A stretch of 64,000 nucleotides of DNA. It comes from Octopus vulgaris. Its lineage: Eukaryota. Location of the stretch: assembly GCA_951406725.2 (NCBI GenBank), contig OX597827.1:58714001-58778000 (forward strand), given 5' to 3'. The notes under the pieces were generated by a model that saw only the letters and a list, made by a program, of their open reading frames with translations, was not told the DNA's origin and did no database searches. The position numbers and the translations under genes are program-made. The number at the start of each line of letters is the position of its first letter. Position 1 is the stretch's first letter. Of this stretch, positions 15,331 through 29,125 are shown piece by piece.

Positions 15331-16071
15331 TTCTTCACCTCTTCTGCATCTGCAAAACATTTTCCTTTAAGAACTTTCTTTCATTTGGAAGAACAAAAGA
15401 AATGTCACAGGGAGCATGAACGGATGAATAGGGATGGTTGGTAAGCGGGGGACACACATTCAGCCACGACTGTCTTTGATCTTCCGTGAGCAAGCGAGGC
15501 ACAAACTTTTGTGCAACTTTTTTCATTCATAGTTTTACGCTCAAAATTCATTGGTAGGAGCTCCAGGACATACCAGTTATATCAACGAGTTAGTCAATTG
15601 TTTTAGTGACGGCCCTCCAAGATCAGTTCATGCATTTTCGGGGTTTTATTCGTTCGGGAGGTCGACGGTCGTCTTGAACGAGCTTGGTCTCCAAGCGACA
15701 CGAGACCATACCAAATGCGTGAAAACCATTCGTAAACTTGCGTTTTGCTCATGGCAGCTTCCTTGTAAGCTGTTTGAAGCATGACAAATGTTTCGACCAC
15801 CGTTTTCTGCAGAAAAAAAAAACAAAAAAGAAAACAATTTCACAGAAGCACGCTGTTCCTTCATTCCATCCCTCCGCCAAAAATCGACGAACAGAGGAGA
15901 AACACTGCAAAACAAAGACACACCATGTGGTAGTACAACTTCACTCGAAAACGCTGGTCGGCAGACTGATGCCCGAGGGTTGCATCAAGTGACTTCTTGC
16001 GCGGAAGCCTGAACTACAACGGGTTTGTCCCACATGGAATGTTTCCGGTTATTTTTTAGTACCTCCTCATA
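13369..16071 (-). mobile_element. Internally deleted mariner transposon split by a nested insertion at 13551-15330
   Basis: TIRs tacaagtgggtacccaaaagaaaacggaa and (reverse complement) tatgaggaggtactaaaaaataaccggaa with TA ends. Peptides EQRASVK, KTQVYEWFSR, KKVAQKFVPRLLTEDQR, HPYSSVHAPCD and LKGKCFADAEEVKK continue after the insertion as EALKGITSQEFQDCFEQ*K. Confidence 0.88.
13551..15065 (-). mobile_element. Three head-to-tail copies (13551-13990, 14014-14570, 14621-15065) of a non-coding element separated by (ATT)n
   Basis: Each copy begins gag(t/a)gagagagcag...atgccatcaa on the plus strand with high mutual similarity; strand inferred from the shared fixed end at the AAT tract. Confidence 0.88.
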
Positions 16072-16229
16072 TATATACGTACATATATATTTTTATATAT
16101 TTTTTTCTCTCCAGTTTCAGCTCAGAGCTGCGGCCATGCTGACGCACCGCCGTTTATGATCAAATGTATGCGTTGTACATTAGTTCACTCTCGCCATCAG
16201 ATCGACTTCACTTGCATAGGTGAACGGTT

Positions 16230-16380
16230 TACCTCGCGTCGGGTGTCGAAGTGAGGCAGAGCAATATGACATGAAGTGTTTTGCTCAAGAACGCAACGCA
16301 CCACAACCCGGTCCTGGAATTGAAACCACAATCTCGCGATCGTGTGAGCAACATCCAAACCACTAGGCCATGCATCCTCA
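16230..16380 (-). mobile_element. tRNA-derived SINE 5' part (family 3)
   Basis: Minus strand reads tggcctagtgg...ggtttcaattcc...cttgagcaaaacacttca. Confidence 0.7.
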
Positions 16381-16413
16381 CATATAAATTTTTTAATAAT
16401 ATATATTAGTATG

Positions 16414-16634
16414 TACGAAGAGGGACTGAAACGTTCGTGGCTTTGGGTAACAGAAAATACAGGCGGATCAGTTAATTATGATTTCATTTACCATATTCTC
16501 CTCTCAGATTCACCACATTTATTGTGGTGGTCCTTCAGATTTTCTAAGCCCCGCAAAAGAACTCGGAAGGTTAAACCTCTAACCAGGCCTTTCAGACGCC
16601 CTTAAACCCAGGAACTATTCAGCACGCCCTCGTA
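16414..16634. mobile_element. Mariner-type MITE
   Basis: Imperfect TIRs tacgaagagggactgaaacgttcgtggcttt and (reverse complement) tacgagggcgtgctgaatagttcctgggttt, TA ends. Confidence 0.7.
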
Positions 16635-16647
16635 CATGTATATATAC

Positions 16648-16741
<94 letters not shown>

Positions 16742-16758
16742 TTGTCTCTTTGTCTGTG

Positions 16759-16818
<60 letters not shown>

Positions 16819-17061
16819 CGGTTTGTGGTTGCTGTGAAAAAATCGACAAAATGTACCGAGCAAGGGTTAAGTTAAGACTTATATCCTTTGGCACCAGAAC
16901 TCTATCTCCGGGAGTATTGCAAGGCGACAACAGTTTCTGAAAAAGTGAGTAAGGGAAAATCTACTAAAGTAGTGGATATTTCTACATTATTTCAGCTTAC
17001 ACCTGTTTCCCATAAGACCACTACTTTGGCCAGCCATTCTCCATCGCAGCCGGGATTGTTT

Positions 17062-17197
17062 AGCTCTGAAGAAGATAAGAGGAATGAATCTTTTCTCTAC
17101 CTTATTCAATCGTCTAATTATGGAATCGATCAATAAATGTGAATATTATGTTGTGGGAGCTATGATTCTCCGATCTTATCGGAAACACTCGTAAGCT
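17062..17197 (+). ncRNA. Type I hammerhead ribozyme motif with ~110-nt stem II
   Basis: AGCT-CTGAAGA-a GATAAGA...TCTTATC g-GAAA-C ACTC G-TA-AGCT. Confidence 0.68.
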
Positions 17198-17509
17198 GGA
17201 ATAATGTATTAGCTATATGCCTTTTCTATGATACCCTGTAACACAATACAAATTTTGCTTGATGACTAAACTTTCGATTTACAAAATGGCCCGGTTACTG
17301 TGTGTTAAAGTATGAATTATATAGATTTCTCCGGCTATCACAGGTCAGTTTTTTTTTAGCCAGATTTATTTTTCTTCACACAGAGCTTATATATCTATTT
17401 GTATGTATGTATGTATGTATGTATGTATGTATGTATGTATGTATGTATGTATGTATGTATGCATGCATGGATGGATGGATGGATGGATGGATGGATATAG
17501 TTCCAATTA

Positions 17510-17680
17510 ACAGAAACTAAAAGACGAAGACAGCTGAGAGAACAACAAGCAGGAGTATTAGTTTGACGTTTCGAACCTACGCTCTTCGAGAAAAAGGGAT
17601 GAGAGAGAAAAATTGAGAGAGAACGAAAAAACGGAGAGACGAAAAAAAATGTGTAGGGAATAACGGTTTAACATGATGAA
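17510..17680 (-). mobile_element. Diverged copy of the repeat family at 44710-45010 and 63815-64000
   Basis: aaagacgaagaca...gtattagttt..acgtttcgaacctacgctcttc shared between the copies. Confidence 0.65.
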
Positions 17681-18641
17681 TGCTTTGTATATGTGTGTGA
17701 ATGCATGTGAACCGTTTTTGCATTTGCTGGCGCATAAGGCGCATTGTCGCATAGGATGCAACCCTATTTTACAGGGATATTGTTGCGAGGGGTGAGGGAA
17801 CGATTTAGTATGCATCACCATACATTTAAAGAAAAATATTTCGAAGTGGTTTTTGTGTGTGGAAACATGCAGGATTCTCTGCATGTGAATACACTACTGC
17901 AGCTGTATGCTGAAATATGTAAGAAACCATTAATTTATCATGAATAAACCAAGCTAAGGGGAGTAGCGTATTTTGCATTGATTTTCCTTCAGATCAACTG
18001 TATAGTTTATGTTTTGGTCAAAAGAATTGTTATATAGCCTGGGAGACAAGTATTCCTGGCTGTGATGCCTTTGTGTTACCACGATCGACTCTTACTTAGG
18101 CCTGCGGGTAGAAATGGGGTAGAAAGGGCTCCTTAGCCGTAGTGAAGGCAATCTATCTAGGGAGATAACCTTACAATAAATCACTGGGTCCGTAGCTTAG
18201 AAATACTGGGTTGACGTCCAGCGGGAACAGCTTTGTTTCATGGAGGAGGAAAGATCTTCTTTAGTACTTGGTTGTACAATGCTTTCCAATGTGTGTAGTA
18301 GTGGCGCGCGCACACATTATTAGCCATTTGAAAAGACTATGAAAGTCTCGACCACGGTCGAACAATGATGATGATAGGCCTGCGCAACACCGCTATGGTT
18401 TTGCAAATAGCTGACAGGCGGGTGGAAGCTTAACATTCCTTCCAACTTTCTTTGAAAAGTTTTCATTTGCATAACAAATAAATGCTTCTTAAAGGTAACA
18501 TAATAATTAACAAATGTTAGGCACAACAGGTGTAAGTTAATTTTGCTGCGGAAGGAGATATAATGAGTTGATCTGACCTCTCCACTTAACTGCCTACGTA
18601 AGCAATTTTTCGTTTGTGCTAGACAGATAAACAGACGCACG

Positions 18642-18750
<109 letters not shown>

Positions 18751-19088
18751 CGGGATTCTCTCAGTTTTTGTCTTGCAAATCCACTTAGAAGGCTATGGTC
18801 GGCCCGGGGCTATAATAGAAGACACTTGCCCATGGTGTAACGTGGTGAGGGCGAACCAGGAACATTGATTGATTGATTGATTCTAGTTTCAGCTCACGAG
18901 CTGTGGCCATGCTGGGGCACCGCCATTTGGTTTGTGCTAACAGATTGAGATAATTTGGCTTGTTTTCAATATTTCATTAATCATAACAATTACAGTGTGT
19001 AGCGGGCTTATGCGCATCCAGCTCCCCCCAGTCCATATGTCTTCGTTTCCCATCGGTAACACGGCCGCATAGAATGCAAGACAATACA

Positions 19089-19120
<32 letters not shown>

Positions 19121-19250
19121 CAAATACGCACGTAGACAAACGCGCGCGTACATACGAACACACACACACTTATGTGCATGTGTACATGTATTTATATATG
19201 TATATATATATATATATATATTATATACATCTATATATATATTTATATTC

Positions 19251-19318
<68 letters not shown>

Positions 19319-19467
19319 GTCTATCTATCTATCTATCTATCCATCTATTTATCTATCCATCTATCTATCCATCTATTTATCTATCCATCTATCTACCTAT
19401 ATATCTATCTAAATATATATCTCTCTATCTATCCATCTATTTATCTATCCATCTATCTACCAATCTA

Positions 19468-19598
<131 letters not shown>

Positions 19599-19619
19599 CC
19601 TCTCTCTCTCTCCCTCCTG

Positions 19620-19697
<78 letters not shown>

Positions 19698-20210
19698 ATG
19701 CATATATACATACATATATATATATATATGTATATCGATATACACACATACATATGTATATTTCTCTGTGTGTGGGAGTGCTTTTGCATCTGTGTGTCAG
19801 CATGTGCTTTTGCGTGGGCGCTCGCGCGCGTGTGTGTGCACGTGCGAGTGTGTGTACAGTGTTAATCAGATCATCGTTCGGGTGTCAGGTGTTGTTAAGA
19901 AAAGGAACAATTAAAGCAATAACGGACGTAAGAAAGGTAAAAAAAAAAAAATAAGATGTATGAAAAATAAATGAAAGATGGAGGAAAGGAAACGGAAATG
20001 AAGACATGTGACCAAGATGACGATGTTTGTTAAGTCGTAGACCCATTGTTATGTATGTAACATATATAAAGACGATATTTAGGGTGTGTATATACGAGCG
20101 CAAGGGAAAAACGATGTTTAAACAACCTTCTGTGATACCGATGTCTATCTGTGTACATAAAATGCATTTATACGTTACTCTAATGAGAATGATAGATATA
20201 TGAGCGTCCG

Positions 20211-20254
<44 letters not shown>

Positions 20255-20552
20255 GTTGTGTGTGTGTGTCGTGTGTGTTGTGTGTTGTGTGTGGTGTGTG
20301 TGTTGTGTATGTGTATGTAACGTGTGTGTGTGTATCGTGTGTGTGAGTGTCGTGTGTGTGTGTGACGTGTGTGTGTCGTGTGTGTGGTGTATGGTGTGTG
20401 TGTGCGTGTCATGTGTGTTTGTGTGAGTGTAGTGTGCGTGCGTATGTATGTGCGTGTGCGTGTGTGTCGTGTGTGTGTGCGTGTGTGTGCCGTGTGTGTG
20501 TGTGCCGTCTGTGTGTGCATGTGTTGTTGTGTGTGTTTGTGGTGTGCGTGTG

Positions 20553-20585
<33 letters not shown>

Positions 20586-20619
20586 CGAGCGCATGTGTTG
20601 TGTATGTGTGTGTGTAACG

Positions 20620-20784
20620 TGTATGCATCGCTGAGTGGAAAGAACCTTGCTTCCCAGCCGCCACAATGTTCCTGGTTCGCCCTCACTACATGGGACCATG
20701 GGCAGGTGTCTTCTATTATAACCCCGGGCCGACCATAGCCTTCTAAGTGGATTTGTAAGACAAAAACTGAGAGAATCCCGTCGT

Positions 20785-20815
<31 letters not shown>

Positions 20816-21040
20816 CATGTGTGTGTTTATCTGTCTATCTTTGTGTAAGTCTTTGTTTCTCACAACCGCTTGACAACTGATGTTGATTTCTTTTACGTCT
20901 CCGTCACTTAGCGGTTCGACATAAGCTGCCGATAGAATGAGTACCAGGCTTTAAGAATATTAGTACTAAGGTAGATTAGTTCGAGTGAACACTTCTAGGC
21001 GATACTCCAGCATGACCGCTGTCCAAAGACTGAAACAGAT
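20620..21040 (+). mobile_element. Diverged SINE family 1 copy; its 5' half is near-identical, in inverted orientation, to 18748-18865
   Basis: cctggttcgccctcac...ggcaggtgtcttctattata...gagaatcccgtcgtg matches the reverse complement of 18748-18865. Confidence 0.8.
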
Positions 21041-21159
21041 AAACGATATATATATATATATATATATATGTAATCAATCTCCAAACATTTTATATTCAGT
21101 CGTATGATCGGCGGAAACGTGAAACTCCCGAATAACGACTCACTTTCTCTCTCTCTCTC

Positions 21160-21214
<55 letters not shown>

Positions 21215-21802
21215 CACACACAGGCATCTTGGAATGACTATGGCCACAGAGAGCAGATCGATTGTTAGTTATAACTTATGGTCATAATTTCTATATTCAT
21301 ACAAACATCCATGAATATAAACACGCTCGTCTGCACAACACCGCACACACACACACACACACACACATACACACACACACACACACACACAAACAAACAA
21401 ACACACGGACACGGACACGGACACGAAGACATAATAATGAACACGGACACAGTAAGTCAAGTACACGCATACACACGTTTCATACATACGTATCTCGCCA
21501 CATGCACAACCTAATTGTCAGGTGAACAGTAAATCACCCGCTTCACCTCATTATATAAAGTTTATTCCACGTGTCGTCGATTCATTCATGTTTTCTATAC
21601 AGAGAAAGATGGTGGCGACGGTGACGATTGTTGTTGTTGTTGTTGTTGTTGTCGTGGTGGTGTTGGTGTTGGTGGTGTTGGTGGTGGTGGTGATTGTAGA
21701 CATTATGTAAGTGTGATGTGCTCAGTGTGTTTGTCATTACAGTTGTGGTTATGTTTACGATTATGCTCACCTTTGCCGTTGCTGCTGCTGCTGATGATGA
21801 TA

Positions 21803-21834
<32 letters not shown>

Positions 21835-21963
21835 TACGTGTGTGTATGTGTGTGTATATGTGTCTGTGTGTGTGAATTTTATAATTAGGTTTTGTGGTTG
21901 CGTGTTTGTTGTGGTTATGTATATATGTGTGTACATGAATGTTTATTGTGCTTGTTGTAGCTT

Positions 21964-22025
<62 letters not shown>

Positions 22026-22644
22026 TGTGTGTGTTTTGGCTGGGGTTGTGCCCGTATATTGACATATTCAGCATTGACTGTCGAGTGGTCAAGAACCTCC
22101 GGTCAAAACTGTTAAGACGTATGATGTTTCGCCTTACAACCTTGTTGTCCGCCTCTCAACTAATGGGACAGCTCCAGCGACCAGCAATGTTTACGACCAT
22201 TGCTCTATGAGACTGAAAACAAACTGACCGAGAAGATAAAGCTTTTGCACTGACTATAAACTCAGGAATCGCGGGTTCAGTTCCGTTGCACACTTGCCGT
22301 ATCATTTTCGTAGTCGTTTTTGTTGTTCTTCTCTTAATTGTTGAGGTTGCTTTTGTTGTTTTAGCCCCAAACAAATTTTGATTGAGCAGATCTATGGTTA
22401 AAGACACCCCAGTCATTATCGCCCCATCTGTTTTTCAAATATAACATCCGGACAGTTAGGTGATACAAAAAGGGACAGGAAAACATCCAGATAGACGATA
22501 CAAAGAAAACAAGGACTGGTCGTTCGGAGTTTTCTTTCCTCAGTCGAGTTCCAGATTATCCTTGCAATTTCCGTTGGTTATACTCGAGATTGCTCGTATG
22601 TATGTATGTATGTATGTATGTATGTATGTATGTATGTATTTACT

Positions 22645-23025
22645 CTTTTTTGTTACTTTTAGTTGTTTCAGTCATTTGACTGTGGCCATGCTGGAGCACC
22701 GCCTTTAGTCAAGCAAATCGACCCCAGAGCTTTGTAAGCCTAGTACTTATTCTATCGAACTCTTTTGCCGAACCGCTAAGTTACGGGGGCGTAAACACAC
22801 CGGCATCGGTTGTCAAGCGATGTTGGGGGGACAAACACAAACACACAAACGCATACACACACGTTCTGTGTTCAAATTCCGGCGAGGTCGACTTTGCCTT
22901 TCATCCTTTCGGGGTCTATTAAATAAGTATCAGTTACGCACTGGGGTCGATATAATCGACTTAATCCGTTTGTCTGTCCTTGTGTGTTCCCTCTGTGTTT
23001 AGCCCCTTGTGGGCAGTAAAGAAAT
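22645..23025. mobile_element. SINE family 1 3' half (minus) joined to SINE family 2 (plus)
   Basis: Homology to other copies in the window. Confidence 0.8.
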
Positions 23026-23130
23026 ATGAAATATGCTGGCAGCGTAAACACGGGATAAGTACAAGTTCACATATTCAGACAACCATGAATAATTGAGCAA
23101 CACTTACGTGTATATTCAGTCAAAAATGTA

Positions 23131-23205
<75 letters not shown>

Positions 23206-23702
23206 AGCAATACACTGGAATTTAGACATATGCACACACAAATAAACGGTCATACCAAAAGGCGGCCATATTGATCATCATTAGCACAGCCAACAGCAAC
23301 AGCAACAGCAACAAAATCAACGAAAGCAACAACAATGACAATAACCTCAACAACAATAACAATAATAGTTATCTGTTAGGTCGAAAGATGAACAAATGAT
23401 GTTTGACACAACAACAATGAGATGGTATAAAACAAATTCTACGTCAGTCCAAGCCATCACCTTCATTCATACTGCAATATGCCACAACACAGCCAACCAA
23501 CGGCGTCCCTCATCACCATTTACTCTGCCACTGTCCCCCACCCCATCCTGCTATCCCATCATCCAACCATCCCACCATCCCACCACCGTACCAGTCGTCT
23601 TGTTAATCTCGTGGTCATTACAAAGTTTGGCCCGACATGTTTTAATCGGGAACGAGGACTGATGACTTGTTCGTCGCTTCCCGTATTTCGTAAGGGGAGA
23701 AG

Positions 23703-23762
<60 letters not shown>

Positions 23763-24550
23763 GTGGACGAGAGATAAACAGACAGATAGACAGACGGACA
23801 GACAGGCAGAAACAGAAACAGAAACATACGGAGAGAGAGAGAGAGAGAGGCACACACATTTGGAGAGTTAAAAATTAAGAGTTGTTACCAGTTAATAATG
23901 GCGACGTTCAATACGTGTTCGTCAATGCGGAATAACGACCATTGCTCCTCAACGGGGCCTTGCTTGCTTGTGGTAAATTATGTGGCAATTGCTGTCACAG
24001 AAACCAATATGCTGCTGGCTCGTAAACTTACAGGGAGTTTATATCTCGTTGGATATAACCTTGCTTTGCGATCTTCCGTTGCGATTTGTAATTTCATTTC
24101 GAGGTCCGTTGCTAATCTTTGCTTTTTTTTTCTTTCTATTGTTGTTTCGCATTGTTTTATTTATTGTATGTTGTTTTTATTATATTTTTTTATTTGGTTT
24201 GGTCTTCACCTTCATCTCTGTATGATCTTTTCTCTATCTACTTGGCGTTCCCACTCTCTCGTCGTTCGTGTGTATGTGCGCGCGCTTGTGTGTGAGTGCA
24301 TATGTGTTGACAGATACATGTATATACATAGATACAGATATATATATATGTGTGTATGTGTGTGTGTGCATTCACTCTCACACATCATACACAAGTAGAT
24401 ATATGTGTATATACAGATAGACAGAAACATACATGTGTACATATATATATATATATATATTAATATTTATATGTATTATACATATACATATATACATATA
24501 TATACACATATATATGGATTGCGAGAGAGTTATTACAATTGTATTATATG

Positions 24551-24616
<66 letters not shown>

Positions 24617-25284
24617 CACAAAATACATGAATACTTACATTCACACAAAGACAAAAACACCTGAATCACACTTGAAATATTCAGTTGAAAAGAAATAATA
24701 ATATAAAAAAACCCAGCCATCTTTGCTTCAGTAAAACGGTCAGATAACTACAGCCTACAGCTTAACTAAAATCAAAGTTTATCTTGCAAAACACACATCG
24801 ATATGAAAGATATAAATGACAATACTACGAACCAGATTAAGTGATCTTGATTCTTTCATCGACTTGCAAGAAATAGCAATTAAAATTCTTTCAAATCATA
24901 CCCTTTGTTCTTCAGTAAAGATTGACACATTACACAATGTAGCCCAAGAAGCCGGCACCTTTTTATTCAAATGAATTTTCTTACAAACCTTAAAAGCTTT
25001 AGAGAAACCGATCTACTTGATAAGCTGATTTTAGTAGCAATCAACAGAGTTGTTTCCTAGCTTCGTCTTTCAATTGAAAAAACTGCCAGAATCTATTAAG
25101 GATATATGTATAAATCATCATTTCGAATATCACTAATCATGGTGCATATACCAATTTATTATTCGTTGGCAATATCAGCACGGATCAGCGCACAGTTTGT
25201 TCGCTGAAATTATAAACAAGGCTATTGTCTCTTGTTTAGATTCACCGGTGTATTTCCAGCTGACGAGACACAACATATCGAAAT

Positions 25285-25800
25285 ACCTATTTCTTTATTA
25301 CCCACAAGGGGCTAAACATAGAGGGGACAAACAAGGACAGACATAGGTATTAAGTCGATTACATCGACCCCAGTGCGTAACTAGTACTTAATTTATCGAC
25401 CCCGAAAGGATGAAAGGTAAAGTCGACCTCGGCGGAATTTGAACTCACAACGTAACGGCAGACGAAATACGGCTAAGCATTTCGCCCGACGTGCTAACGT
25501 AACAGCCGACTAATGTGTTGTGAATAAATTTGGTTGACTAAAACTATGTGGAAACTAGTCGTATGTGTGCGTATATGTGTATGTGTTTGCCACCCACCGC
25601 TTGTCAACCGGTGTTGGTTTGTTTATGTTCTCGTTACTTAACGGTTCGGCAAAAGTTACTGATAGGATAAATACCAAACTCTTTTTTTTTTTAAAACTTA
25701 CTTAAGTATTTAAGTACTGGGGTCAATGTGCTTTGGTAAATCCCTTCAAAGCGGTGCCCCAGCATGGTCGCATTCCAATGACTGAAAGAAGTGAACGATA
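25285..25800. mobile_element. SINE family 2 (minus, 25285-25500) followed by a diverged SINE family 1 copy (plus)
   Basis: Homology to other copies in the window. Confidence 0.75.
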
Positions 25801-26352
25801 AGAATGGTTTTAAAAGAAATCCATGGCGCTGGATTAATGGAAATGCCCAGCACCGCCCAAGTTGAGAACCTCTGGTCCATTTAGTAAAGTGAAGCTGGGA
25901 GAAGATTTAATCTGTCAACCGGTTTAAGCCCTACATCACCCAGCATACTGGGTTCCTTCGATTATTAAGCATTTGACCCCAAGCCTCAGGTTTTAGGATA
26001 ATTTCTTCCCACCACCCCACAAAGGGCCCTAGACTCTGGGTTGCTTCTCTCCTGGTTAAAATATACAGTCATACATAAAAAAATAGTGTGATTTGAGGGA
26101 GCTTTCTTTATCTTTTGACCTCTTCAGTCATAAGACTATGGCCATGCTGGGGCATCACATTGAAGAATTCTAGTCGAACGAATCGACACCAGTATTTTCT
26201 TTCTTTTTAAAGTCTGGTACTTATTCTGTCGGAGTCTTTTGCCGAACCAGTAAGGTACAGGGACCACGACTGGTTATCAAGCGGTTGTAGGGAACAAACA
26301 CACACACACGCAAAGGCGTATGCATGCACACACACACACTCACACACACATA

Positions 26353-26740
26353 TGAGAGAAAGAAAATGGAATTCACGAGATCCTTTATAATTCACTACGA
26401 TCGTTTCGACCCATCGTGCATCGGTACCTCGCGGGTAGTATGCTACACAAACTGTTATGGTGCATCGAAGATGCGAGTATGTCATGAAGTGACTTATCAA
26501 AAGGTACTTCGTTTTTTAATATCCGCTTCACATTACAACAATCAAATGTATTCTAATAGAAATAAGCGAAACATAGATTAATAAACGAGGTACCTTTTGA
26601 TAAGCCTACCTGATGAGACATAGCCACACCTTCGATGCATCACAACAGTTTGTACAGCATCTCACCTGCGAGGCACCGGTGCATGTGAGTCGAAACTATC
26701 GTAGTGAAAGAATCTCGTGAATTCCATTTTCTTTTTCTCA
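26353..26740. mobile_element. Diverged fold-back element with a hammerhead-like motif in each arm
   Basis: 26353-26520 is an imperfect reverse complement of 26577-26740. The plus arm reads TCAC-CTGCGA-...-GAAA-C TATC G-TA-GTGA; the minus arm has GAAA-CGATCG-TA-GTGAA. Confidence 0.7.
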
Positions 26741-26942
26741 AATATTTTATAAACTCTACGGACACGAAAGAACTCCTGAAATAAATCCAATGGCATATAC
26801 CTCCATACTGTTGATGGCATAAGGTAGCCGAATACCGTGAACAGGCTTTAAGCAACATACTACAAGATGTATCGAATATAGTTCTGGTTGTGTTGTAGTG
26901 GTGATGGCGGTAACTGTGGCTTTTTGATAATGTTTGTGGTAT

Positions 26943-26973
<31 letters not shown>

Positions 26974-27484
26974 CCTAGTTATCCTATTAATATTTGTGTT
27001 GTGGCTGTCGGTGCAGGTATTGAGGGCAGTGATAGTGGTGGCGGTTGTGGCGGCGACGGCGACGGCGGCAGCGGTGGTGGTGCTGGTGATAGTGGTGGCA
27101 GCGGCAGCAGTGGTGGTGATGGTGGGGGATGGTGTTTATGATGGTGATGGTGGTGGTGGTTGTGGCGGCGACGGCGGCGGTGGTGGTGGCGGTGGTGGTG
27201 GCGACAGCGGTGGTGGTGGTGGTGGGGTATGGTGTTTATGATGGTGATGGTGATGGCGGTGGTTGTGGTGATGGTGACGACGAGAGTGCTGGTGGTAGTG
27301 ATGATGGTGTTGATGGCGACAGTGGTGGTGTTTGTGGTGATGATGCTGATGATGGTGATGACGACGGCGGTGCCGGTGGCAGTGGCGATCGCAGCGCTTC
27401 CTTGCTTGCTGTGTTGATAACAACACGATCGGGCTCTTGAGCATCATTTTTTTTGTTTCATTTTCTGTTTATTTATTTATTCAT

Positions 27485-27531
<47 letters not shown>

Positions 27532-27761
27532 TTCATTTATTCATTTATTTATTCATTTATTTATTTATTTATTTATTCCTAGTGACGGTTGATTCCTGGT
27601 GTGTTTTTAAGGGGCAGCTGCGTTTGATTTGTGGTACTTCTAGGGCAGGTGAAGGTGCAATTAACGAGCGAAGAAGCCGGGGCAGGTAGCGTGTTTAATA
27701 TTTTCCGGAAAACACCCCCACCCGCATACCCACGCCACCGTTTTGTTTTATTTTGTTATCT

Positions 27762-27809
<48 letters not shown>

Positions 27810-27899
27810 TATCAGTTTTAATTAAAATTCAATATTTCAGTTTCTGCTCACGATCGACATCTTCCTATTACAAGGAGACATTGCAACGAGAAGAACAGC

Positions 27900-28119
27900 A
27901 ATGACTATAACCACAAGAGCGGCAGCAGCAGCAGCAGCAGCAGCAGCAACAAGAGCTGTAACAACAACAGCAGCAGCAGTAACAACAACAGCAACAACAG
28001 CAGTAACAACAACAACAACAACAACAGCAACAATAACAACGACAACAACAATAACAACAACAACAGCAGTAACAACAACAACAACAGCAACAATAACAAC
28101 AGCAGTAACAACAACAACA

Positions 28120-28151
<32 letters not shown>

Positions 28152-28506
28152 AACAATAACAGCAGCAGTAACAACAACAACAGCAACAACAGTAGTAGCA
28201 ACAACAACAACAGCAGTAACAACAACAACAACAACAACAGCAGCAACAATAACAGCAGCAGTAACAACAACAACAGCAACAACAGTAGTAGCAACAACAG
28301 CAACAGCAGTAACAACAACAACAGCAGCAGCAGCAACAACAACAACAGTAGTAGCAGCAACAACAACAGCAGTAACAACAACAACAACAACAACAGCAGT
28401 AACAACAACAACAACAACAGCAGTAGCAGCAGCAGCAGCAACAACAACAACAACAACAACAACAGTAGTAGCAGCAACAACAACAGCAGTAACAACAACA
28501 ACAACA

Positions 28507-28555
<49 letters not shown>

Positions 28556-28556
28556 T

Positions 28557-28623
<67 letters not shown>

Positions 28624-28736
28624 GCAGTAGCAGCAGCAGCAACAACAACCGCAATAACATCAACAACAAGAACAGAGAGGAAAGAAGATGGAATGTTTAC
28701 TGCTAAAATGTCTTTGATTACAAGTTTGCTTAGAGC

Positions 28737-28780
<44 letters not shown>

Positions 28781-28820
28781 TCAACATCAACAGCAGCAGC
28801 AGCAAAAACAACAACAACAG
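27900..28820. repeat. Long (CAA/CAG/TAA/TAG)n trinucleotide mosaic
   Basis: Direct reading; source of poly-T/A, poly-L and poly-V pseudo-ORFs. Confidence 0.92.
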
Positions 28821-29125
28821 CAAAACCAACCAGAAACCAGCTACAACATGCTTGAAATAGCAGCAAAATCTACTTAAAATCACACCTTGCAATCTTAAAT
28901 GCGTAGCAGTTGATAACAGCTATGTCTGAAAAAACTGATGGAATGGTCACCATCGGATTGTCTTTGATCAAAGGGCAGCTAGATCGGAGCTAACATATCT
29001 CTAAACAATAATAACAATAACAACAACAAAAACAGGTGGGGGACGGGTAGGTCCTCGCTGATCAATTGTGGGTTGGACTGGGTGCTTCCGTGGTCGTCGG
29101 GTGTTTATACATATGTTTCAACATA

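Noticed and set aside
23898-24398. 166-aa ORF with a hydrophobic stretch
   Set aside because: Hydrophobicity comes from a T-rich low-complexity tract running into microsatellite; more likely non-coding
25260-25283. CTGACGA-ga...tc-GAAA half-hammerhead
   Set aside because: The GAAA overlaps the end of a SINE and there is no stem III or stem I partner
27901-28860. 319-aa Thr/Ala-rich mucin-like ORF
   Set aside because: Pure trinucleotide mosaic open in several frames on both strands, with no signal peptide or splice support
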